The notes under the pieces: generated by a model | The model's input: only the letters and a program-made list of their open reading frames with translations | Told to the model about the DNA's origin: nothing | The model's database searches: none | NCBI GenBank assembly: GCA_964247055.1 | Contig: OZ176058.1 | Location: 4,836,001 to 4,900,000 of the forward strand | Length of the DNA: 64,000 bases | Reading direction: 5' to 3' | DNA from: Paragordius varius | Lineage: Eukaryota > Animalia > Nematomorpha | Translations under genes and position numbers: made by a program | Part shown: piece after piece, positions 24,545-38,400 of the stretch | How the letters are laid out: every line of letters starts with the position of its first letter | Position numbering within the stretch: the stretch's first letter is position 1

Positions 24545-25170
24545 AACGTAAAGAAATCCAACACCGATTCATGTTTCCCATGTATTAAATCTTGATTCAA
24601 TCCATTTATACCGGAAGAGAGGATAATTGGTAGGGTAGTTTACAAAATTTGTAGATGTTTAGCATAGGGATTTGGTAAAATTTTTTCACTTCTTCAACAT
24701 TTGATTCATCCTATAGAGAAATTTTAGAGCTATAGACTTTGGAAAGAGAATTTAATGTAGGAAGCATTCCATTAAACGAAAAATTACACGAGGGATCATG
24801 ATGTAAAAGAAGAGAGGCTAACGCGAACAAGATATTTGGATTAATAACTTTAACACACTCTTGGGATAGTATTTCAATACTTAGGCCACCGCTATATAAA
24901 TTAAATGATTTAGTCTTAATTTGCCCAAAAATTTATCAAAGGCTTCCCTGGGCGCAATGTCATGCGTTTTGCCAAGTATTTTAAAATCAGTGACGTTCTC
25001 AACCCACACAAGAAGTGAATGACATCCTGACACCAATAGTAAGAGATATGGATAATCGATCGTATATTCAATTCGAACAGCTAATGCATGGGTTTCCATG
25101 TGATGAATTGGAATGATAGGGATATTATACTTGAAGACAAATTTCTTTTCGTCTTTGAGAGAACCAGTAA
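24545..25170 (-). pseudogene. OSGEPL1: OSGEPL1/TsaD fragment, best-preserved copy
   Basis: IPIIPIHHMETHALAVRIEYTIDYPYLLLLVSGCHSLLVWVENVTDFKILGKTHDIAPREAFDK aligns with OSGEPL1 PFIPIHHMEAHAL...FPFLVLLISGGH.LL..V.GV.DF.LLGKSLDIAPG...DK. Downstream LLHHDPSCNFSFNG resembles PLHH..CDFSF.G. Frameshifted; the catalytic GGH is GCH. Confidence 0.8.
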
Positions 25171-26719
25171 TTGTTTTTTCTTTGGAAATTAGGGTGGGGG
25201 GGAAAAGATGTGGATACATGATAAGAATAAATGCGTAAATAATCGGTATAAATAAGGCGCCCAAATTATGATTGATAAGCTAACATACGTTGAGTTAAAA
25301 TCTAAAAAATGACATCTGGCAAGCGAGTTATCGATTTACAAAATTAATCATCAAAAAATTACATTACGAAAATCATGTTTTATTGCTCTAACAACGAAAA
25401 CGAAATAAACACTGATGATAGGCATGAAATCGATTTCGAAAGGCAGACCAAAGTTAAATTAACTGATTCAAGAGTAAATCCGTAATTAACTAGGTATATT
25501 CCCAAAAATAGAATTAAAATTAACAAAAGTTCTAGGAAGCAAGAATATCCAATTAAATTTATATCATCGCCCCTTCTGTTATTTTGAAAAAAATAAATGT
25601 GTTTTTTCAATAAACGAACAGAAAACGGTAAGTTAAGCAATAAAATATTTTATTAAAATAAAATTTTGTCAAATTAATCTTGACATTGAAATTTGATACA
25701 AGAAATAGAAATTTGACTTATTGTTTAACATTCTCTAGCCTTTTGCGTATTATGTCCCAGAGCGTTCTGAAATTCAATCCCCTCAAAAAGTATTTTAGGT
25801 ATTAAGCCGAATTCAGTATAATATGCTTTCTTTAGGCTTTTAGGCGCATTAGACCTTTTTCAAAAAATGTCAAATCTATATAAAAACCTCATTTCAAACC
25901 TTTTGCCACTATTTTTAACTCAATATTAAATATCTTTAAGGCGCGATATTATGGTTTAAAAATTAAAATAATGCACTTTGAAAAGCTTTCAGGCTATACA
26001 AACTTGATATATTTTAATTTTAATATAGGCTGTATAAACTTGTAAGTCAAGGCAAGTTGAGCAAGACTTAAGCCAGCAAATGTACACTTGAAGATCAATG
26101 ATAAATAACCACTTAAGCCAATTGTTTTGCTTATGAATGTAACATTTTTTTGCCACTCAATTCGAATTTTACGGAATTATTTTGATCATTTACAGCCAAA
26201 ATTTATGTAATAAGCCACAAAAAATAAACAATTAATACAATATGCTTTCATTAAAGTTTTTCTAACTCGGATAACACGTATGTTATTTAATATTTTAAAT
26301 TTTTCTAGGTATTGAGCCCGGTAAAACTAAAATTATATTGAAACTCTTCGCCCTTAAAACACTTTCTATTATTTTACAACACTACTCATTTTGCCAGTTG
26401 TCAGTTTGCAAATATAATGGGATGTTTATTCAATATAATAGCATATTATTATTAATTGATTATCAATATTACATTTGAAATAATTTTAAGGTGAAATACA
26501 CTCTTAATTGTTTTAATGGTGAAGTTACCTTTAGTACTTTTAATTTTATGAAAAAGAAAACAAAATTTATATTTATTATAAGATATGTAAATTAAGTTTT
26601 TTGTGAGTTCACAGAATCGATAAATTTGGCTTATTTTTTTATGCGTTGTTGCGTATTAGCAGAGTTTTTCTAAAATTATCATCTTTTGTGTCCACACATT
26701 TCTTAAATAATTTTATTCA

Positions 26720-27150
26720 CATCTAATATGTCAAGTTTGTCCTAACCACATTTTCTAAATTTTATTTTATTATATGATTTTTTAACACCTCCAAACCAAG
26801 TTTTATTGCTTGACTTAAGTCGCTAATGTTCAATTTTTCTCTCACATAAAAGCAAGCCATGACTTGTAAAACTTGCAAGTCAGGACAAATTTTTTATTAC
26901 ACCACCCTTAGAGTATAGAATTAACAAAACTCTCAAAGAATGCAAGATTATTTAATATATTAAAACAATGGACTTTGAGGTTTTTCAAGTCATGGCTTGC
27001 TTTCAGGGAATTATAAATTTAACATAGCCGACTTAAGTTTCGGAAGCAAATTTGATTCAGAGGTATGATAAAAAAATCATATTCAAGTAAAAATTAAAAA
27101 TTTTGCAAGTGTGGTGTAGGGCACACTTAACCGATTCAAAAATATGAATA
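26720..27150. repeat. ~430-bp foldback (arms ~160 bp) in block Z; copy at 44545-44965, right arm deleted in the copy at ~50755-51000
   Basis: aaagcaagccatgacttg pairs with caagtcatggcttgcttt; in the 44.5-kb copy gccctacaccacacttgcaaaat pairs with attttgcaagtgtggtgtagggc. Confidence 0.75.
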
Positions 27151-27177
27151 TTTTTTTACAAACTAATAATTATATAG

Positions 27178-27416
27178 AGTAAAAATTGAATTATACGGAC
27201 AAAACGTGAAAATACAAAGGCAAATATTTTTTTCAAAAAGACAACCATACTTTTTAATTATTGATTACTACAAATTATAATCTAGAAATGTAAATTGGTA
27301 AAACAATCAACTGTCTTTACGATTGTGACAAATTGGAATCAAGGTTTTAAAAAGTGTGGGTGTCTTTTAAAAATTGACTTTGTTTTATATTTTCGTGTAA
27401 TTTCAATTTTTCCTGT
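27178..27416. mobile_element. Family-1 MITE present in D1, absent at the homologous D2 site (~44995-45010)
   Basis: actaat...[MITE]...taatttaggttttat here versus actaatatgtataaaatttaggttttat in D2. Confidence 0.7.
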
Positions 27417-28294
27417 AATTTAGGTTTTATATGAAATTAAAGTCTTTGGGAATATAATTTTCAATTAATAATTGGCTTAATATATTAGAATTGGGTGGAT
27501 ACAAAGAAGGACTTTGTAAAAAAACTCTGCGAATATTTATGAATATGCACTCGTTTGCGGTCTTAACGAAATATTAATACAACCTTAAAATACATATTAT
27601 GTAATTATTGGAGTAAAAGAAATCGGTTGATTAGTTATACCAAGTAAATATATTTAAATTTCAATAAATAGCACAATTATTTTAAATTTGGGTTTGCCAT
27701 TAGGGATTAAAATGAATTTATTTTTTTGTCCGACATTTAAAAAATCCGGGAAAACACAACCCTAATTATTAATTAATAATTTTATATAAAAAGATAACCT
27801 AATTCTAGGAGAAAACGGGTGAAAAACTCGATGGTTAGGGCGTATTTATTCGATTATTTCAACAAATTTACGCGTATGGATCTTACAATGACAAAAGAAC
27901 CATGAATATCTTTTAAAATTCAACATTTCGCAACTTAAAATACCAAAATTTAAGTATACCATGGAACTTTTTAAATTGGATATATTATAAGTAGCGCTTT
28001 TGTGAATGTTGATTTGATAGTAAATGAGTCCAGAATAATTATCTAAATAAACTTTAATGTGTTGGTACTTAGTTAAAATAAATTTAGGCATTATGATTTT
28101 GGTACTTTATTTGATTCACCATTAAATTGAGAAAATTTACCCAAACAATCAGCCTAACTATAAAATATGTTTTTTATGCATTTTTATTTTAAGTTTGCGT
28201 TTATAGCCACCTCTATATATATATTTATATATATTTATACACTTAAGTTATCTACACTGCAATAAAATTTAAGGATTCCATACGTGAATGACAA

Positions 28295-28428
28295 TACAAG
28301 AATTAATTTAGCAAACGTATGAATATATTATTAACAAATAAAAAATTTATTAATAAAACTTAAATTTCGATTAATAAATTTTTTATTTGTTATTATAAAT
28401 TCATACGTTTGCTAAATTAATTCTTGTA
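28295..28428. repeat. Near-perfect 134-nt hairpin (~59-bp stem, 15-nt loop); second copy at 51774-51899
   Basis: tacaagaattaatttagcaaacgtatgaat...aaatttattaat [aaaacttaaatttcg] attaataaattt...attcatacgtttgctaaattaattcttgta. Confidence 0.85.
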
Positions 28429-31400
28429 CCATCATTTTTTGGTTTAATAGCTTTTGTTGTTTATTCATTACTATATTTCAACCTGTTGAAAGATCGTTTC
28501 TGACTCAAAAGGCTCCAGTAATAATTTACTTTAACTTAGATCAGGCAAATTTTTGCACGTTTTCGGTCTGGCTGAAGTGCTAGATCTATCTTAACAATTT
28601 GCCTGATTCATTACAATTACAGTAAAAAATGATATTATACGGACAGAACGTAATAAATTTATTTCAAAAACGGAACAAACAAAATATTTTTGGGGAATAT
28701 ATATAGTATATAGGACATATTGCACACATATCCTTGAATTTCTTCTAGACTTCTTTGTGTATTCTACTCAAAATTCAACTCAAATTCCAATAACTTTTTT
28801 TGATTGTTGTTGAGTTGAGTTTTCATTTAAGATGCAACATGTGATTGAAAGCTTCGATGAGTAATGTTAAAATTGGTTGCCAGGCTATCAAATAACGCAG
28901 AAAATCGAGTAATTTACTGTACATGATTGCTACTTTTTCCCATCTATTATAACATAAAAACATATTAAAATATATGTTGGCTAAATTTTTTACGGTAAAA
29001 AATGAAATTATACGGACAAAACGTGAAAATATAAAGACAAATTTTTTTCTAAACCTTACTTTTTGAATCTCGATATTTTCAAATATAATTTATTGTTATA
29101 AACTGCAAAATATATAATGGATTGTGTTACCAATAAACATTTATGTCTCCTACTTTACAGTTTAAATCAATGAGTTATATTTTAAATTAAAAAAAGTATG
29201 GTTGTCTTTTAGAAAAAAATGTCTTTATATTTTTAAGTTTTGTCCTATAATTGCGATTTGTAAGAAAAATAGTGAGAATACATTATTATAATGATAAATC
29301 AAGTGTTCGTTTATTTCACAGTAAAAATAAATAATGGGAATTATATAAAGACAAAACTAACTTAATATCTAAAAGACAAATATATGGTTATAAAAAGACA
29401 AGCATCTATCTATATTATAAAAACTCTTAAATAAATTAACTAATTAAAATGAATAATAATAACAATTTACAGCGGACGGTAACATAGGTATAAAAAGGAG
29501 GGTTTGTATTTTGCATTAAAAAATAATTGTCTTTATATTTTAACCACTATTTTCTATAAATTTACAGTAAAAATTAAACATACAGATTTGAACTAATATA
29601 TTTTTATATAAATATCTGAATATATTACGTAAAATTTGAAATTATTCGGACAAAACGCAAAAATATAGCACAATTATTTTTTAACTGTTTTTTTATCATT
29701 TTTTATATATTAGCAATTTTAACTGTAAAAATTAAACAAATATAATGATTATAAGCAAAATATTTATATTATATAAAATTAAAGATATCTTAATTTTTTT
29801 TGTAAAATTAGAAAAAATCGCTAATTTTAAAATATTCCTCTTTATATGAAAAAAAATATAAAAATTGAAATTATACTATGGACAAAACGTAAAAATATAA
29901 AGACAAATATTTTTTTTAAAAGACAACCATACTTTTTAAAACTTGTTTTTTTTTAAATATAACTCACCCTTTAAAATTGCAAAGAATGGAAAAGAAATGT
30001 TTAATTATTTTTACAATTTTAATTATATACTATTAATATAGTAAAAATCAAGGTTTTAAAAGTATGGTGGTTGATTGTCTTTTAGAAAAATATTTGTTTT
30101 TATACTTTTACGTGTTCGTAAAATGTAAAAATAAAAAAAATCCACAAATTTAATCGTAAATTTAAATTTAAAAAAGCATTTTTTTACATTGAAATAAGAA
30201 TGTTTTAAATTTTCAAGTTGAAACGCTAAAAATATTTAATAATTTATCGTTAATTTTTAAATTTCAACAAAACAAAAAAAGTTTTTATATAGAATATACG
30301 GATTTGGGAATAGGATTTGTAATTCCACTTTTTCCTGGCATTCTGGGCAAATTTCTTTTTTTCCAATTAAACACCAACCACGGATACAAAATTCATGAAA
30401 TCTATTATCATATTATGAAATAAAAAATGTACTTTAAAAATTATAAAAATTTTAATTTATTATAAATTAAATAAAAATTATTTTAAAAAATTTTAATTAT
30501 TTTATAAAATAAAAAAAAATAATATTTTATAATAATTTTTTTATTACAAATTAAAATTTAAAAAAAAATTAAATTTAAAAAAAATTTAAATTGAAAAAAA
30601 ATATTTAAGATTTAAAGTTAAAAATAATAAAAAAAATTAAAAAAAATTCAACTTAATTGTTTCAATATAACTTAGTTTCGAATCATACAAATATATTAAT
30701 AAAAAAATAAATAATTTAATAAAAATAAATAAAGAGATAAAAAATTAAATGAAACATATCAATTATAAAAAATGTGAATTAAAAAATTCATATTTATAAA
30801 TCAAATTGAAATTATAAATAAATTACGTTTATCTTAAAGTTTATTTTAAAATGGTAAAAAATATTTGTCTTTTTCTGTTTTAACTTTAAAACTATAAATT
30901 TTAATCTATTTATAAATTTTCTAAACGAAAATAGAAATTTTTTAAAATATTAATATATTTTAAATATTTTTAAATTTTATCCTTAAAATTTGAAAAATTT
31001 CATTAATTTTTATTAAAAAAAATTACAAATTTTAAGATATAAAAAAATTAGAAATTATAACGTGTCCACATTCAAGCCTTACACTTTTTTCTTATGTGGT
31101 AAAAATCTCAACTTTCACTGTAAATTATAAGCTTTCAAATTATTTTTTATATAATAAAACGAAAAAATTTTTTTTTAAAAAATTAATTTATTTTAAATAT
31201 TTTTTAATTTTATCCTTATAATTTAAAAAATTTTATACATTTTTTTATTATAAAATTAGAGCTTTATATAACTATGTGTGCCCACATTGAAGTCTTACAC
31301 TTTTTTCTATTGTAGAAAAAATATCAATACATATATTTTCAAAACCAAAATAATAATACTTTTTCGAAAATTTATATATTTTAAATATATTTATTAAAAT

Positions 31401-32749
31401 ATATTTAAAATTTATCCTTATATTTTTTCAATGCAAGTTATAAATTTTAAGATATTAAAAAAATTATAAATTATTACATGTGCCCACATTCAAGCCTAAC
31501 ACTTTTTTCTATTGTAAAAAAAATTCATTTTACTGTAAATTTATAAGTTTTTCGCTATATATTTTTCAAAACGAAAATAATCCTTTTTAATAAATTAAAA
31601 TATATTGAGAAAATAAAATATATTTATATTTTATCCTTATAATTCTTTTTTTATAAAATTATAAATTTTTTTAAATTATTAAAATAAAAAATTACATGTG
31701 CCCACATTGAAGCCTTACACTTTTTTCTATTGTAGATTCATTATAATATTTTCCCCCGGCATCGGAATAATGAATTATAACGGTTTCAACGATTTTTTGT
31801 CCACAAATTTGACAATCGTTTCGATTAACATTATAGCTTTTGTCATTGTTATTGGTGACAACCTTGAAAAAAATAAAAAAAATTAAATTGATAAAAAATT
31901 ATAGAAAAATTGATATTAACAGTAAATTTTAAAATAAACTGAAATACTGATATTTTTTATAAATAGATATACATATAAGCTCAAAATAATTGGATATTAG
32001 AGAAAAAAAATAAAAAAAAACTTTAAAAAAAAAGATAATTTTATACAGTAAAAATTAAAAATAATAGAGAAAAATCAATATAAAATGAATGCTATTTTTG
32101 CAAAAAACCTTATATTTTTTTAAAAAAACTATCTATAATTGAGAAATCCTGATTTTCAACAGTAAAAATTGAAATTATCATTAAAGAAAACACTAAAAAA
32201 ATGTTTTAAAAAGGCAACCATATAAAAATAATTATTTAATAAATGCAATATTTTGCTTAATATAGCGTTATATCACAAAAAAATCATAACAATATAAATG
32301 TTAAAAATAACTTAAAATATGGTTGTCTTTTGATTTTAACTTTATTTATATATGCCTATTTTTTGTTTCCCAACTATATAGAAAACTTAAACACCGATAT
32401 TTTTATCAAAAAGACAAGTTCAAATCTGCAGAAAGCAATACCGCAAAAAATTAAAATTTTTATTAACAATAAAGTCAAAAATTTCTAGAATATAGATGTC
32501 AAATTTACTTGAAATTTGGTTGTCTTTTAATTTTAACTTTATTGTCATTTTATAAAAAAATCATGACTAATTTTATATTTAGAATCATTCATATAACCAA
32601 AAAATCATAAAAATTCCTAATGCAAAATTGACTAAAAGTCAAAATTCTAAAAATATAATTACCTAAAAAATGTCTAATTTCAAATTTTGAATCATTCATA
32701 TAGAAAATCCAAGAAAATTATAAAAATATTCATAACTTTAAAAATTTTT

Positions 32750-35200
32750 TAAAACCTACACCCATAATGCAAAGTTATAAAGCCAATATTCTAAGAAAGT
32801 TAGTTGTCTTTACTATAACATGAATTTCAAATTTTAAATCATTCATATAGATAAATAACTAGAAAATCATTGAATAAATCATACATATAGGAAAATAACT
32901 AAAAATCTTTCAAAATCTAAACCCATAAAGCAAAGTTATGTCTTAAAAAAACCAAAAATTCAAAGAATATAGTTAGTTGTCTTTACTATAAAAAACATGT
33001 TTCTAATTTTAAATTTTGAATCATTCATATAGAAAAATAACTAGAAAATCATAAAAAATCATTATTCTAACTAAAAAACTTTCAAAAACCCATAAAGCAA
33101 AGTTATGTCTTAAAAAAGCCAAAATTCTAATATTATATATAGTTAGTTGTCTTTACTATATAAAAAACATATTTCTAATTTAATTTTTCAATCTTTCATA
33201 AACAAAAATAACTAGAAAATCATAAAAATAAATCAAAAATCCAACTATTAATCTTTCAAAACCTATACCCATAATATGCAAAGTTATGTCTAAAAAGCCA
33301 AAATTTAAGGAATATAGTTAGTTAACATTATATAAAAAACATGTCCTATTTCAAATTTTGATTTATTTATATAAAGAAATATAACTAGAAAATCATAAAA
33401 ATAAATCATTGATCTAACTAAAAATCTTTTAAAACCTAAACCCATAATGCAAAGTTATGTCTTAAAAAAGCCAAAATTCTAAGAATATAGTTAGTTGTCT
33501 TTACTATAAAAACATGACTAATTTCAAATTTCAAATCATTCATATAGAAAAATAACTAGAAAATCCTAAAAAATCATTCAAAATCTTAAAAAATGTTTTA
33601 AAAAGCATAAAATATACTGTTAAAATCTTTCGACTTTTTGTTTTGATTAGCAATTGATTAACGCAAATTTCAGCAATATCACGATTTAAGACCGCAAAAT
33701 AAAGTCCGTAAAATAGGGCGAGAACAAAGTATGTCAAATTTTTTTATAAAAGCCAAATTTTAAGAATATAGTTAGTTGTCTTTACTATATAAAAACATGT
33801 CTAATTCAAACTTAGAATCATTCATATAGAAAAATAACTTAAAAATCATAAAAATAAATCATTAAAAAAACTAAAAATCTTTCAAAACCATAAACCCATA
33901 ATGCAAAGTTATGTCTTTAAAAAGCCAAAATTTAAGTAATATAATTAGTTGACCTTAAAGAAACATGTCTAATTTCAAATTTTAATTCCATAGAAAAATA
34001 ACTATAAAATAAATAAATATTAATCTAAATAAAAATCTTTCAAAACCATAAACTAGCTAAAATTCTAAGCATTAATTAGTTGTCTTTACTACAAAATATT
34101 TAATCAAATTTGAATTTTATATGGAAAAATATCTATAAAATCATAAAACCAAATCATTTAAACCTTAAAAATCTTTCAAAATCTAAAATATACTGTTATT
34201 AAAATCATTCGACTTTTTGTTTGAGTAGTAATTGATTAACGCAAATTTCAGCAATGTCACGATTTAAAACCGCAAAATAAAGTCCGTAAAATAGGGCGAG
34301 AACAAAAAAGGTCAAATTTTTATAGAAAAAGCCAAAAATCTTAAGAATATAGTTAGTTGTGTTTATTTTACATGTCTAATTTAAAATTTTTAATCATTAA
34401 TATAGAGAAATAACTGGAAAATCATAAAAAAATCATTTAAAACAACTTAAAAATCTTTTAAAACCTAAACCCATAATGCAAAGTTATGTCTTGAAAAAAC
34501 CAAAATAAGGAATATAGTTAGTTGTCTTTACTATACATGTCTAATTCTAATTTTGAATTATTCATATTGAAAAATAACTAGAAAATCAAAAGAAAATCAT
34601 AAAAAATACATTTTCAACCTTAAAATATTTTAAAAGCTAAACGGATTATGCAAATGTTATATATCGTTTACTTTCATAAAAACATGTCAAATTTCAAATT
34701 TTAATATTGATATAAAAAAATCATAAAAAAATTATAAAAAATCATTTAAAACAACCTGAAAAATTTTTCAAAATCCTAAAATATACTGTTAAAATCTTTC
34801 GACTTTTTGAATTTACTAGCAATTGATTAATGCAAATTTCTGCAATGTCACGATTTAAGACCCCAAAATAAAGTCCGTAAAATAGGGCGAGAACAAAATA
34901 TGTAATCCATGTGAAAGGACAAAATTCTAAGAATATAGTTAGTTAACTTTTATAAAAAAACATGTCTCTAATTTCAAATTTTGAATCATTCATATAGAAA
35001 AACCCTAGAAAATCACTGAAAAAAATTATTTAAACCTTAAAAATCTTTTAAAACTTAAACCCATTATGCAAAGTTATATCTAAGAAAGTTAGTTGTCTTT
35101 ACTATAAAAAACATGTCTCTAATTTCAATTTTTAAATCATTCATATAGAAAAATAACTAAAAATCTTTTAAAATTCTTTCAAAAATCTAAAATATATATA
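32750..35200. repeat. RNF121-A intron 4 tandem array (~150-175-bp units) with three exon-4 echoes (33620-33735, 34190-34315, 34790-34915)
   Basis: Unit aaacccataatgcaaagttatgtcttaaaaaagccaaaattctaagaatatagttagttgtctttac...aatcattcatatagaaaaataactagaaaatc, interspersed with gcaaatttcagcaatgtcacgattt copies. Confidence 0.85.
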
Positions 35201-35479
35201 CTGTTAAAATCTTTCGATTTTTTGTTTTGAGTAGTTATTGATTAACGCAAATTTCAGCAATGTCACGATTTAAGACCCCAAAATAAAGTCCGTAAAAGAG
35301 GGCGAGAACAAAATATGTAATCCATATAAAGGGAAATCCCAACAAAACATTCAAGCCAAAAAACCAAAGGAGTAACCCAAAATATCCAACCGAGCCAATC
35401 TTGTAAGCAAGTTTGTAAATCATGACAAACCATGTATAAACTGTTCTATATAATAGGAGGAAGGAAAATAAAGAATTGA

Positions 35480-38400
35480 AATAATTTACCTTTGAACATT
35501 TTTGAAATTCCTTAAACATTTGAAATTCAACCTATAATATTTCAAATTTACAGTAAAAATGAAATAATTCGCACCCTTGAAAATTTCAAATTTATATTTA
35601 TCCCTTATAATATTTCGAATTTATCCTTAAACATTTGAAATTTGCAGTAAAAATTGAAATAATTTGCCCCTTGAACATTTTAAAGCAAATTTTAAATTCA
35701 ACCTATAATTTTTCGAATTTATCCTTAAAAATTTCAAATTTGTCCTTAAAATTTAAATTTACAGTAAAAATTGATATAATTCGCACCCTTGATTTTTAAC
35801 ATTTTAAATTTATCCTTAAACAAATTTATCCTTAAAAATTTTAAATTTATCCTTAAACAATTAAGATTTACAGTAATTGAAGTAATTCGCCTTTAACATT
35901 TCAAAATTTAAATTTATCCTTAAACTTTTCAAATTTATTTTAAACATTTCAAAATTTTTAAAAATTTTAAATTTACAGTAAAAATTGAAATAATTTGCAC
36001 ACTTGAACATTTTCAAAATTTTAAATTTATCCTCAGAAATTTCAGATTCAACCTATAGTATTTCGAATTTACCCTTTAAAAAATTCATCCTTAAACATCC
36101 TAAATACATTCTTAATTATCTCATATTAATAAAATATTTTAAATTTATCCTTAAATATTTCAAATTTATCCTTAAAATCGAATTTTAAGTAAAAACTGAA
36201 ATAATTTACCCTTGAACATTTTTAAAACTTTAAAATTATCCTTAAACATTTCAAATTTACAGTAAAAAATGAAATAATTTGCACCCTTGAACATTTTCGC
36301 AATTTTAAAACCATGTATAAACTGTTCTATATAGCAAAAAGTAAAAATAAAGTATAAATTGAAATAATTTACCTTTAAAGCAAAATCCAATTTTTTTTAT
36401 TTCAATTTTTATTATACATATTTTTTCAATTTTAACAGTATTTAAACACATTTTTTTATATTTTTTTCAATTTTTACTGTATTTCAAAGTACATTTTTTT
36501 TTTAATTTTAATAAAAAAAATATAAATTTTTTCAATTTTAGCAGTATTTAACCACATTTTTTTGAACTTTTAATATAAATTTTACTGTATTTTAAAGTCA
36601 ATTTTCTCATTTTTTTTTAAATTATTATTTAAAATAAAAAATTATATTTTATCAAATTTAACAGTATTTGAATACCTTTTTTTGAAATTTTAATATAAAT
36701 TTTAAAAATTTTACTGTAAAAAGAAATTTTTCAATATTTTTGGAATTTCAATATAAAAAACATAATTTTGTTATTACTGTATTTTTAACCATTTTTTTAG
36801 TTTTAAAATTTTTGTAAAATTTTTTCCATTTTTTTCTAAAAAAGTTTTAAAAAACTAAAAATTTATAAAATTTAATTAAAAACCTAAGTGTATTAGGTTT
36901 CAGGGGTTTTTGAATAGTTGTCCACAACATAAAAACTGTAATGATTGAATAATTTTTATTTTATATATCTAAATTTTACTCTATTTTAAAGAAAATTTTT
37001 CAATTTTTTCAATATTTTTAAAATTTTAATATAAAAAACATAATTTTCTATTTTAACAGTATTTTAACACATTTTTTTTAAATTTTTCAATTTTTACTGT
37101 ATTTTATAGTAAATTTTTTAAGATATATAAATATCAATTTTAACCGTATTTAAACGTATTTTGTTTAAAATACAAAAAACATATTTATTTCAATTTTTAC
37201 TGTATTTTACACTATTTTTTTCAAAAAAGTTCAAAAAAAGTTTAAAAAAATTAAAAATTTATAAAATCTAATTAAAAACCTGGGTGTATTAGGTTTCAGA
37301 GGTTTTTGAATAGTTAATCCCAACATATAAAGTGTAATGATTGAATATATTTTTAATTTTCTATATCTTACAATTTTTACTGTATTATAAAGTAAATTTT
37401 TCAATTTTTTTGATTTTTAATATAAAAAATATATTATTTTTTCAATTTAATAGTATTTAAACACATAATTTTTGAATTTCAATTTTAACAAAATTTTACT
37501 TTAAAGAAATTTTTCAATTTTTTTTTGAAATTATCATATAAAATTTAAAAATTATATTTTTTTCAATTTTAACAGTATTTAAACACATTTTTTTGAAATT
37601 TTAATATAGATTTTAAAAATTTTACTGTATAAAGAAATTTTTTAATTATTTATAAATTTTAATATAAAAAACGTATTTTTTTCAATTTTACTGTATTTTC
37701 AACTATTTTTTTTCAAAAAAAGTTCAAAAAAGTTTTTAAAAAAACTAAAAATTTATATAATTTAATTAAAAACCTGGGTGTATTAAGTTTCAGAGGTTTT
37801 TAAATAGTTGACCCCAACATGTAAAGTGTAATGATTGAATAATTTTTATTTTTTTATATCTTACAATTTTTACTGTATTTTAAAGTAAATTTTATCATTT
37901 TTTTGAAATTATCGTATAAAAAAAATTATATTTTTTTTCAATTTTAACAGTATTTAAACACATTTTTTTATACATTTTTTCAAATTTTTATATGTTTTTT
38001 TTTTCAAAAAAAAGTTCAAAAAAAGTTAAAAACTAATTTGTAAACTAAAACCTAAATGTATTAGGTTTCAAATGTTTTTGAATACTTAATATATTTATTT
38101 TTTCATATCTTACAAATTTTACTGTATAAAGTAAATATTTTCCTAATTTTTGAATTTCAATATAAAAAAATATTAATTTTATCATTAACAGTATTTAAAC
38201 ACTTTTTTTTTAATTTTTTCAAATTTTACCGTATGTTAAAGTAAATTTTTCAAATTTTTCAGTTTTAACAGTATTTAAACACATTTGTTCAAATTTTACT
38301 ATATTTTAAACTATTTTTTTTAAATTTTATAAATTTTAACAGTATTTTAAACTTTTTTTTTACCCAAAAAAAGTTTAAAAAAACTAAAAATTTATAAAAT
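35480..38400. repeat. RNF121-A intron 3 minisatellites built on the MITE terminus, with exon-3 echoes (36880-36950, 37275-37350, 37770-37840, ~38050) and an exon-4 5' echo (36308-36335)
   Basis: Short units aaatttatccttaaa / cagtaaaaattgaaataatt / tttcaatttttactgtattt, plus repeated aaaacctgggtgtattaggtttcag...cccaacat. Confidence 0.8.

Larger units (their letters stand above)
21690..25210. repeat. Palindrome P1: ~1.4-kb inverted arms (about 22090-23530 / 23780-25210), ~250-bp spacer, extra arm copy at 21690-22090
   Basis: Examples: 23240 ttcattttcagattctagaaatgg is the reverse complement of 24060 ccatttctagaatctgaaaat; 23060 aacatgcgaag pairs with 24240 cttcgcatgtt. Confidence 0.85.
25212..28620. 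other. Block Z1: unidentified block with coding-like pieces, repeated at 43015-45445 (truncated) and 49205-52100
   Basis: The ggcgcccaaatt...gacatctggcaagc start, gaaaacg|gtaagt donor-like site and several GC-richer islands are conserved in three copies. No protein recognised. Confidence 0.5.

Noticed and set aside
24545-25170. Recent bacterial tsaD transfer or contamination
   Set aside because: Base composition matches the host, the copies are embedded among host genes and MITEs, and the PIHHMEAH and CDFSF.G motifs fit eukaryotic OSGEPL1/Qri7. A phylogeny would be decisive.
25488-25502. 12-nt intron gtaattaactag that would remove a stop in block Z
   Set aside because: Shorter than any spliceosomal intron I know of, and the other Z copies are frameshifted anyway.
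28535-28610. snRNA/SL RNA suggested by an AATTTTTG Sm-like site inside a short inverted repeat
   Set aside because: No similarity to U1, U2, U4, U5 or known spliced leaders, and the motif is common in AT-rich DNA.
32750-38400. CRISPR-like repeat/spacer array
   Set aside because: Units are long, degenerate and lack unique spacers; they lie in spliceosomal introns, and no cas genes are present.
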